A stretch of DNA of 64,000 bases from Ostrea edulis (lineage: Eukaryota). The notes beneath the pieces are model-generated. The model did not search any database. It had not been told where the DNA came from and worked only from the letters and a program-made list of their open reading frames with translations. Positions 37,009-64,000 of this stretch are shown here, one piece after another. The translations under genes and the position numbers were made by a program. The stretch covers positions 55,986,001-56,050,000 of the forward strand of contig NC_079166.1 of NCBI RefSeq assembly GCF_947568905.1, in the 5' to 3' direction. Each line of letters opens with the position of its first letter. The stretch's first letter is position 1.

Positions 37009-39126
37009 AGAAACCTATACATATTTCTTGGCTAATTTAATTATCATCAGTTCATGTAGAAATATGACCACGCCTGAAAATTAGAGTGATAGTGGTCTAA
37101 TTTACACATGTTCCATTCGAGTGTCAGTGAATACACATGTATTCTGGTGACATATTGCGATCTGTTTTTTTGTTCAGTGTTTGACTTGCATTAAGTTTGA
37201 AAATGTTCAACCTCTTTTGAAATGCTGGTATTACTGAGCCATTTTTTTTTTTTTACCAAAATAAAACTTTTTTGGTCCCTGCTTCTTAGGGGCTGATGGT
37301 CAGGACCAGAACCTAAAATATGATGCAATCTTCAAAAAGTTCTTTAATTTGGGACCTCTAGCAGGCAAACTGTGTGTTAAGTCATGGTAAAATTCATGGC
37401 CTGTGGTTCTGGTCTCGAGGTCGGGCTCATATATTGAAAATGCATCACTAGTATTTCAGACTCGAAGAAATCTTCTTGACTCCTGTATATTAAGAATCCT
37501 AATGGAGATCATAGTGATGAGATGAATAACCCACCACAGTCGTGAAATTCGGGGCCTGTGGGTTTTCTGGTGACAGGACGGAACTTTGTGGCTTACATAA
37601 TGAAAATGTGTTATTTCTTAAAAACAAAATTCCTCTTGACTTCTGGATATGAAACACCACAGAGTAATAGCAATGATAAGGAGAAACATCACAAATGACT
37701 ACCAACATTATGAAATTCCTTGTCCTTTGGGTGTTATATAATAAAACTGTGTTATTTCTTTAAAGTTCTTTACTTTTGGTTATCAAACAGAATACATGGA
37801 GTTAAGAGTCCATTACAAGAGAGCAGGTCCAGGAATGTGGTTAAGTGAGTCGGATAGTGAAAATGAATTAAACATGAAAGTTTTCCTCTGTTTACTACTG
37901 AATGCATGTATACAGCAAACAAATTGACTACTGTCAAGTTTAGATGGTATAGATAGAAATCACTTTGTCTTCCTACACACCTTCTGTTCTTAGACAGTCT
38001 ACTTTGTCTTTTGTCCAGGCCGGATCACGGTCTACAAGTACATTTAAGCTACTGTACATAACAATGGAACAAAAACTATTATAACATATAAATATACATG
38101 TAGTTCTTTAAATTTGAAAGACACACTCATTGTCCCATATATGTACAACTCTTCTAAATAAATGCAATTTTTTCTGATACTATGGTGGCAAGAGTTTTTT
38201 TGTTTTTGTTTTTAGAAATGAAACAAAGTATTAAGTTCTACACTTGCTACAATCTGTCACCTAATTGTGGTTTGGCATGCAAGGAAAAATAGTATAAAAA
38301 AGATAAACAAGTATGGTCAATGTTTATACATGTATGTTCATTTATTGCAAAAGGTTTCCTAAAATTAAGGTGAGCAAATTTTTGATTATGACAAAAAGTA
38401 AGTTATGATTGAGGAATGAAAGTACAGAACATTTAAAGAAGAAAGTAAATGGTGTGAATTTTGTTTTAAATTATCAAAGGATTTAAAATAAGTCGAATTT
38501 ACACTGCAGTTTATTTTTTCAAGTAATTATATCTAAAGGAAATGGGAATGAAAAAGTAAATTTTTGCTATTCTTCTCTTTAAGATCGATCTTCTTGACAA
38601 TTTTGATGATGTTAAATCACTTTCTAGGATAGGGTATTGTAGAAATCATCAGCTACTTTGCTTTTTATATGAAACATACACCCTATGTCTTTAAGAAGAG
38701 TACACGACCACCTCCTTACTTCCATTACAAGACAGTGATTTGAAGTTTTAGATTTTACAAAGATTTCTTGGTGATATTTGTAAGATGCGTAATAAGATAC
38801 TTTCACATTTTGATATTTAGAAACATGTTCCATGTACTTGTACAATGCTTTTACTTTTACACTATCACAGTAATTGGCAAATTGACCACATATTCATTGG
38901 TGTAAACATGCTGCTATTGGTGTTTTACAATCATGGTAACTTTGATGAAGGATGTGTACATAGATAAAAGAGCACCGCCACAACACGTCAGATTTTTATT
39001 CATTACAAACAGATAAAATTGCATGACACAAAATCATGTCAACCTTCATTGGGATTGCACCAATATCTTTCAAACTGCTTTTAGGTCTGAGGTAAAATCA
39101 AGATTATTCCTTGCAATGTGTCTATT

Positions 39127-39355
39127 GTGTGGAGCGCCAAATTAACATAAACTCAAATAATTGAAGATATCGTCAATTATTTGAAGATATCATCAATTCA
39201 ATTATTGCTCTCTTTAAATGAATTAATGCGCGCATTAAATCAATTATTGCTCTCATCAAATGAATTAATGCGCGCTTCAATTAAATTATTGCTCTCATCG
39301 ATTGAATTAATGCTCACATCAATTGAATTAATGAGAGCAATAATAGATTTATATA
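39127..39355. repeat. Degenerate AATTATTGCTCTC/GAATTAATGCGCGC repeat fragment, similar to ~340-570
   Basis: Replaces ~720 bp that is present in copy A; probably a fragment of a dispersed MITE-like family. Confidence 0.45.
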
Positions 39356-40637
39356 GACAGTAACCTTGATTTAGGGAGTGACATGCCTTCTTCTTAAGGT
39401 GCATTAATTGACCAAGTTTGATGATTATAGACCTATTTGGTCTATAATCATCTGTTATGTAGACCTCTTTGGTCTATAATCATCTGTTACGTAGACCTAT
39501 TTGGTCTATAATCATCAGTTACACAGACCTATGTGTTCTACAAATCATCAGTTACATAGACCTATCTGTTCTACAAATCATCAGTTACGAGTCGGATGGG
39601 ATTTTGCCGTATTTGGCCATGTCATCTTCATCAAAGGTCACACAGTGACCTAGCTTTAAAGTGGGACCTACCCTCTACCCAAGATGCATCAGCTGAAAAA
39701 GTTTGATGATTCTAGGTCTCGGTCATAGTATTTAATAATTTGCAGACATGAAGACAGACAGACGGACGGACGGACATGACCACCATACTATACTACGACC
39801 CGTCTAAAGACCGGTGTATGATAATGAATGAAAATCCTTGTAAATGTCTGATTTATTTCATAATTTAATTGAACTCTCCAAAAGACTGATGAAATCTCTC
39901 CATTTTGAGCTATTTTAAAATATACATAGAGAGGAGGATTTATATAAGCCTGTTGCCTTGTTTCCTGATCATTTCGTGTATCAAAGTAGTTTGTAATTAT
40001 ATATTACTGAGATTAAATAAATAAAATATTGTGTTACCTAATACATAAATATCTACACTACAAATCCAAATCAAACTTCTGGCTTTAATCCCATCTATCA
40101 TAGTTTTACTGGTAAACTTAGTTCTGACATCTATTTTATCACATGTACTAATAAAACTTAAAACATATTATAGGGATGTTTTAAAAATTGAAGAATTTGT
40201 ACGTACTTGCATTGTAAATGTTATATTACAAAAAATATGTTCATATCAAATCTGAAACTGATGAAAATTTTGCCCAAATTACATACACTAGCTGACAGCC
40301 ATATAAGATTGCATCAACCTACAGAGTTGACAAGGAATGTAGTTATTGATATTTAGGGAGCTGGGAAGACTTTTTTTTCTTCATAAAAACAATCTCTAAT
40401 TATTAATTAAGTTAATGACTGTCTCTCCCTACTTTGTATTGCCTCTTATACCGCAATACATTGAGAACAGACTGCATCTCATCATTAATGTTACATATAT
40501 ACCTTATGATGTATTATAGAATTCAAAAGGTTGCATGAATGAATGTTTAGCTACCTCAACAGTAGCTGTATATAATGCATGTAGTAAATTTTAATCTAAG
40601 AAAAATATCTTGGTATGTAGTTATTCATCTTTACAGA

Positions 40638-41276
40638 ATGCCCTTGCCAGTTTTCTTTGTGATTCTGTGTGCCATTTGCAGTTTCACCACTGCTAATAAA
40701 AAGTCACCACGACCAAGTCTGAAAACATTCAGAGATGATAATGCCACTGTTGTTAAAACATGCGAGGCTGTCGGTTATGTGAGAGACAAATGCAAGGCCC
40801 CAAGACGTAAATGACTGAACGATTCTCTTTTTGAATTATTGAAATAAACGTCTCAATCATTAACTTTTTATTTCCCTATTTATGTTGTAGGACACGTGAT
40901 TGTAGCATTTGATGCCAAAGCCTCGCAGCAGACAGTGAGTCAGGGGAAAATAGTCAAATTTGAAACAGTGGATTTACAGATAGGAGGTGGTTATAATAGT
41001 AAGGAAGGAATTTTCACTGCACCAAAATCTGGGATCTATGTCTTTGATTGGACAACAGCGACACAAAACAGCTATGTTGCACATACCTCTTTGAATGTGA
41101 ATGGCAAACGGAAGGCCTACCTCTACTGCCACAACAAGGTTAGCGGTATGCATAATTCTTGCAGTAAAATGGCTATTGTAAGACTGGATGCTGGAGACAG
41201 GGCCTGGATCGACTGTTTTGATGGAACAGCTTATGTCAATAGGTCATTTTCTTCATTTTCTGCTTTTATGTTGTAA
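40638..41276 (+). CDS. Secreted C1q-domain-containing protein (C1qDC), copy 2, 184 aa
   Basis: join(40638-40806,40891-41276); intact ORF and splice sites; 15 amino-acid differences from copy 1 (hand count). Confidence 0.9.
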
Positions 41277-41400
41277 TGTCGAGATAAAATAAAGACAAGT
41301 CTATGCAATTTCCTCTGTTGATCAATGTATTAATAAAGAAGATGGGTGAACTTGGGGAACAATAAACCTATTCATGAATGGGCACCGGTCGCGAGTCGGG

Positions 41401-41486
41401 AGTTTAAAATCCACATTGATGGTACCCATATTTACAATAGATATATCTATTGTAAATATGGGTACCATCAATGCGGATTTTAAACT
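41401..41486. repeat. 86-bp spacerless palindrome (copy A' only)
   Basis: 43-bp arms with one mismatch, centre GATA|TATC. Confidence 0.9.
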
Positions 41487-43399
41487 ATACAGTACCGTAC
41501 TAACACGCTGTCCAAATTATTTAGAATTAAAAACAAATATATAGATTATATTTCAAAGAAAAATATTTAATCAAAATCATCATCAGAATTTGTTTCATAG
41601 GCATCATGTATATCAGTCACTAAGCGGTTTTTAACACACACACATACCAGTACTTACACTGATGCCTGGAGTACGTAAGGTACCAAATGACGCTGCATAT
41701 ACATGCTCGCAACATCCAACAGTATGTGCTCCGCATTTCCATTGACATATTAACTGATGTAAATGAGAAACCTCAGATGTTTTGTGGTGTAAATCAAATG
41801 TGGAATAGCGTTTTCTGTATGATGCAGTATTAATGCTTTGATTTGGATTCAGTTTTTCCCCAACAAATGTTTTGAACAGCACTGGTACTAATATACCGAA
41901 TATGATAAGGGCATCATCAGTTCTCGCCTCTTTTGGTACAATTAACTCTGAGGTTGGTTTTACAGTTACAGAATGCACATTTGCTGTTAGATTCCCCAGC
42001 AAATACAAAAGGGACAGAAACAGACACTTATGCTTTTGTTTTTGTACTGAACTGTAGTTTACTGTGTCTTTTAGACACTGGTTGCATATTTGGCTTTTGT
42101 CATGATCTCTTCAACTAACTTCTTAAACATTGTTGAAATTGTTCTCTTTAACGTTGTCATTTACATAAACTAAATCCATACGTCACAGGTGGCCCCATAC
42201 TTGTTTACATTTATTCACTAGCTGCATGTTGGAATCAATTACTTGTGATCGTCATTATATAAGACTGCATGCTATGAGTAAAACTTAGCATAAAATGCCT
42301 GGGAGATAAGTAATTATGGGAAGTTTAGATAATTCATAAGAAAAAAAATAGGTAGGAAATATTGGTATTCGAACCACAGATATGCAATCTGGGCCTATCA
42401 AAAACTTCAATGAGACTGTCGCTATACCACATCCCATGAAGATTTTCAAGCTATCTAAAGTCACTCGCCGTGGACAAAGAAATTTTCTTGATATATACGA
42501 CAAAAGTTATATACAAGAAGTAAGTTTTTTTCATAGAGTGGGTCAAGTCTTCATAATTTTATTTACGAAACATTTTACACTTGGACATGTACTTATATAT
42601 TTTACTCAGTTCACAATGGAGACTTTAATTGGCCCACTCCATATAAAAATCTGCTTGGAAAAGTCAAATTTACTGTTATTTTGTGCGTTTTTCGCGTATA
42701 CATGATTTTAAATAGGATTTTTTCAATATACTTTTGAAATGGGCACATCGAAAAAGCATTTTTGGAAACTATGGATTGATTGTTTTAACCAGAATGCAAA
42801 TTTTTCTTTTTCTGGAGAGTTTCAATTTTAACTTTGATATTTGTCCTTCTGTGGGTTCTCGGCTCGATAAAGTCACCCATCTTCTTTGTGTAATGTTATA
42901 GTGCATGTAACATTCGAGTTATGGTCCATGGCATGTTGGTTGTATTATCCCATGAAAGTTATGTAGAAACCATATTCCAATGGACAGATAACCCAATGTC
43001 ATTGTATAGAAATTAGTAAGAATATATCCATAGATGAATTTTGCACTTTACTTACATGTAACAATTATTATTCCACTGCAGACAGATTTGTAGATAAATC
43101 ACGACACCCGAAAATTTTCAATACACTGTCTCCTTGCAGGGGGTGTACCAGTCCAACAACTATGACATCATGCATGCACAAGTGACACTGCTTATAGTTT
43201 ATGCATTTACTTTCAATAATGTATATATGTCTGCATTCAGTTTAAATGGTTTGTTCCTCCAATTTTTAACAGTGATGTTTTGATATTGTGATTATATGAT
43301 GTTCAATGTAAATTCGTTACGCATTCAGTTTGGGACCCAACATGGAGACATAGAGGCCTCGCCTCTCCCAATACACTTCCATTTCACACCCTGGACGAC

Positions 43400-44016
43400 T
43401 CAGTATGATGTCCGTAAAACACATATGCCCCCCATGGTGCAAAATTGAAAAGGGTTATACACACACATTATTTAATTGATAGTAGTATCCTCAATTCAAA
43501 ATATTGAGCAGACATCTTCCTATGTCAAGAGTGAATTGACCATGTGACCTAAAAATCAATAGGGGTCATCTACTCCTTATGCTGTACCAGTGTACCAAGT
43601 TTGGTGTCAATCAAGCAAATAATTCTTAAAATATAGGAGACAATATATTACTATGTCCAGTTCAACAATTGACTTTTGACCTCAAAATCAACATATGTAC
43701 CAGTGTACTAAGTTTGATGTCTGTCAAGCAAAAGGGTTATCAAGATATTGAATGGACAGTATATTACTATGTCCAGTTTGACCCTTGATCTTTGACCATG
43801 TGACCTCAAAATCAATAGGAGTCATCTTCTCCTGAATATACACCACTGTACTAAGTTTGATGTCTGTCAAGCAAAGGGTTCTCAAGATATTAAGCGGACA
43901 GTATATTCCAATGTCCAGGTTGACCCTTGACCTCAAAATCAATAAGGATCGTCTTCTCCTGAAGATGTACCAGTGTACCAAGTTTGATGTATGTCAAGCA
44001 AAGGGTTCTCAAGATA
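43400..44016 (-). mobile_element. HINE-like tandem-unit fragment (copy A' only)
   Basis: TGTCCGTAAAACACATATGCCCCC start, then repeated ...GACCTCAAAATCAATAG...GTACCAAGTTTGATGTCTGTCAAGCAAAGGG units. Confidence 0.55.
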
Positions 44017-46196
44017 ATTAACAAAGTAGGATTCAGAACAAGAGCATTTGTCTTTATTAAGTAAGAGTAATCAGCATTTACAATAATGGTATGGAAATAA
44101 CAGTAGAAGAATAAACACATATAAATGATATAGTAGGATTTCCTCAGTCATGTATATTAATATTTAATGTATAAAATATCACAAAGAAAACAAAAAAATT
44201 ATATATTTCCATAATGTATAATTCTGGATTTCTTGTGCATTGGAATGTTTTAAACAACTCAAAGTGCTTATAAAAAGAGGAAACTTTTGTGTAGTTTATC
44301 ATCATATAAGTAATCTATCTATGGGTTTCTAGCACAGCACTTTATATTAAATATCTCAAAACACAGAAATTTGTGTAATGTTGGTTTACAGAAAATCCCG
44401 CAGCCTGAAAGGAAAGTGAAAATGTACAATCCAGGAGAAGGTTATAAATGTCAATCCCCGACACTGAATCAATGCTAATTAGCAGAAAGTGCAATGTAGG
44501 GAATCGTTTCAGATCGGATGTATGCATAATACATATATTTGAATATGTGGTTAATGATAGTACATGTTTATTATTTATATTCCAGCTATATCCCTTTAGA
44601 GAGAGAGAAATACATATCTTTTGAGACATATCAACCATGTGGAGTTCACCATAAATAAATAAAAAGTGGCCTGTGGGAATCATTGCTCACCTGAACATTG
44701 TAAACCCCCAGCGTGGTCCTAGTAGACATACCAAGAACGCAATGTACACTTGCAAATTAATGTGACAGATCACGATTCCATTCCCTTAGTGATCTTTAAA
44801 CCCCCCAAATCAACAGGGTCCTTCCTCTTTCACCAACAAAGCTACATGTGGAGTATCAAATCAATTGAACAAAAAAGTGGCCTATGCAGGCTCCTGTGAC
44901 CTTGGCCTTTATCCCCCCAAATCAATAGGGTTCTTTCCCTTTTGATAACAAAGCTATAAGTGAAGCATCCATTCAATCGAGCACAAAATGTGGCTTCTTG
45001 AGTGTCTAAAAACTCATTGTTACACATACTCGAACAAATGCTCATCCGCACACAAACGACCCCATAACTAAATTTCTTCAACCCGTACATGAACAGTCTC
45101 GTTACTCTATCCCCTCTCGCAAAGGGATACCAAACTTCAGTCTTGCAGTACTGTACATATCAATTTGACCAATTGTGTTCTTGTGAGTCTTTGTATCTTC
45201 TAAATCTGTTCCTATATATCCTATGTCAAATTCCTCTATTGCTAGGGATGTCATGATTTGATGATTTATAAAAAGAAGCTGACATGCATGATTGGCTTTG
45301 TCTGTTACAGTAGTTTTAGAGATGGTTTAAACACCAACCCAATTTGAACTTTTACCTAACAGGTCTCTTTACACTGGAGTGTGGTGTGGTCCTTCTTTGA
45401 AAATTTTACTGACAGACCATTAACAAATTTTGAGCAGAAAAGCACAAGTGAGCTAGAAATACCATATAATATGATTTGACAACATGCATATCAAAAATAT
45501 TGAGTTTGCAAACATAACTTGTACATTGATTTCAATAAATAGTAAATGAATTTGTTGCTAGTGAACAATATTATGCTTTCACCCTTCCATTGCACAAAGG
45601 TCTGACGATGAAGTAAGCATGGTGAAGGACCATTTTCTTGAATTGATACATGGTAACAATGAACAGGAACATGAATTTCTGGTCATAAATAAAGCCAGCA
45701 TTAGAATGAAATGTCACACACGTACACATCTGGAAATAGATTACACAAAAGACTTGACAGCACTCAGATTTCTAACATTCCATCTGAGATCAAACATATA
45801 AACTTCTGTCACACCAATCAACAATGAAGATAGAAAAAAAATGCAACTTAAGTAATGACATATTTTGTGTAAGGATTGTTACTAAATCATCAGCCAATTT
45901 AGCAGACTCACAACATAATGCACAGTTTAAATAAAATTTGTTTATTCATGGTGAGCTGTAAGAGGAAACTCCCATTAATCCTGGTCTACCTAGTTTATAT
46001 CTGTGTCTTTCCATGCTGTACACTATAAGGCTGTCCCCATATGCCTGACCTGTGAATCACTGTCCAGATCTTGGGAAGGTTCAGTGTAAAATTCGCGTTA
46101 ATCCATGCTCGACCATAATATGAGTGGTTCTTCATCCGAATTTTTTTTCTGTCCAATTTGAACAGTAACCCTGTCATCCAGAAGGGCCAATTAAGT

Positions 46197-62341
<16,145 letters not shown>

Positions 62342-62590
62342 CTGTAAATACTTAGTATACTTTCTCGGCTATCCTACAAAACATTAAAAATTCAAAACAA
62401 TTTCTTTTTAAATCAGGAAGTAACTTTAAATATTGATGTATAAAGAATATCAATTTCTGTTGAAAACTTTTTCTCTCTTTGTCATGAACATATTCAAATA
62501 CTAAGAATATATCATCCTATTCTTGGTAAGAAAAAACGATAAAGATCTTTCAATGATCGTCCTGTATCCAGTCTCCAGAACCATAAAATC

Positions 62591-64000
62591 AAAAACTATT
62601 CCACACACATCAGCATCACATAGAAAACTATTCCACACACATCAGCATCACATAAAAAAACTATTCCACACACATCAGCATCACATAAAAAAACTATTCC
62701 ACACACATCAGCATCACATGAACAAACTATTCCACACACATCAGCATCACATGAACAAACTATTCCACACACATCAGCATCACATAAAAAAATTTATTAT
62801 ACCTCAGTATGAGAAAGCCATGCAACGCGTAATCTGATTGGTCTAGACGGTCACGTGCAAGGGAGGACAAAACTTCATATCTCCCTCTCAAACATCATAT
62901 TTCCCCATCATATTTACCATTTGGGCAGCCTCGTGCATTTTTCATAAATTTAATGTAAAGGTAGACGAAGTGTATTGTGACGTCACAATAAGTTCGAGTC
63001 ATTGTACTTTCAAAGTTCGTAAGGCACAAAATATGCAGGTCTCTGATACACAGTTAAATCGCCTGGTTTTGGTTTTTACAAAAACATGCAAGTAAATCAA
63101 CATTCATGGAGAATGGAAATACGCAAACTGGTTATCATATCACTATATTTCGGGTTTTTTAAAATCTTTTATATGTTGACGGCGCGGTGTTACCGTTAGG
63201 GCAATCTCAGCTACATACAATGTATAGATAAGCGGACTCCAATTTCAAACGCACTTTTGTAGTTTTGCTTTGTTTCGGTATAATAAACAATTTATTGCAT
63301 GGATGTTCGGGAGATATGAAGATTTATTCACCCAAGAAAAATCATATTCCCCTCGGAGAATATGATTTTTCTTCGGTGAATAAATCTTCATATCTCCCTC
63401 ACTATCATGCAATAAATGTATACTATTCCACACACATCAGCATCACATAAAAAAAACTATTCCACACACATCAGCATCACATAAACAAACTATTCCACAC
63501 ACATCAGCATCACATAAAAAAAACTATTCCATACACATCAGCATCACATAAAAAAACTATTCCACACACATCAGCATCACATAAAAAAACTATTCCACAC
63601 ACATCAGCATCACATAAAAAAAAACTATTCCATACACATCAGCATCACATAAAAAAGCTATTCCACACACATCAGCATCACATAAAAAAACTATTCCACA
63701 CACATCAGCATCACATAAAAAAAACTATACCACGTACACACATCAGCATCACATAAACAAACTATTCCACACACATCAGCAACACATCAAAAAAACTATT
63801 CCACACACATCAGCATCACATAAACAAACTATTCCACACACATCAGCAACACATCAAAAAAACTATTCCACACACATCAGCATCACATAAACAAACTATT
63901 CCACACACATCAGCAACACATCAAAAAAACTATTCCACACACATCAGCATCACATAAAAAAAAACTATTCCACACACATCAGCAACACATCAAAAAAACT
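62591..64000. repeat. 32-35-bp minisatellite, interrupted at 62793-63422, running off the window end
   Basis: A(6-9)CTATTCCACACACATCAGCATCACAT units. Confidence 0.95.
62793..63422 (+). mobile_element. TIR-less, TSD-less element with ~130-nt terminal hairpin (Crypton-like, tentative)
   Basis: Splits a satellite unit at AAAAAAA|CTATTCC with no duplication; hairpin at 63288-63417; the 5' end TTTATTATACC is inverted-repeated at 63278-63288. Confidence 0.65.

Noticed and set aside
62523-62837. His-rich ORF (HTHQHHIKKLF)n
   Set aside because: Translation of the 33-bp form of the satellite; A-run length varies in other units and breaks the frame.

Overview
AT-rich, intron-rich animal genomic DNA. 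A bivalve, probably an oyster, is inferred from the 166-bp-unit Helentron-type elements and the C1q-domain gene architecture. Genes: (1) a complete 11-exon PRMT3 on + (1680-12904, 547 aa, exon phases consistent throughout); (2) the six 3' exons (C2A+C2B) of a synaptotagmin-like SYTL4/5-type gene on - (62341 to 46197; its 5' part lies beyond the window); (3) two intact two-exon secreted C1q-domain genes (19117-19769 and 40638-41276). The dominant structure is a tandem segmental duplication, A (~9618-31239) and A' (~34280-53455). Its breakpoints lie inside the two convergent flanking genes, so both stay intact, each leaves an orphan 3' half, and only the C1qDC gene is duplicated whole. The junction is filled by 3 kb of the PRMT3 intron-2 minisatellite, with 2-bp microhomologies at both ends. 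The two copies act as filled/empty-site controls for a Helentron-type HINE, a Spy-like TSD-less element, a Kolobok with a KolX relic, and a pogo-like element carrying nested MITEs. All alignments and substitution counts were done by eye and need computational confirmation. TE family names come from terminal structure and motif recall, not from database searches.
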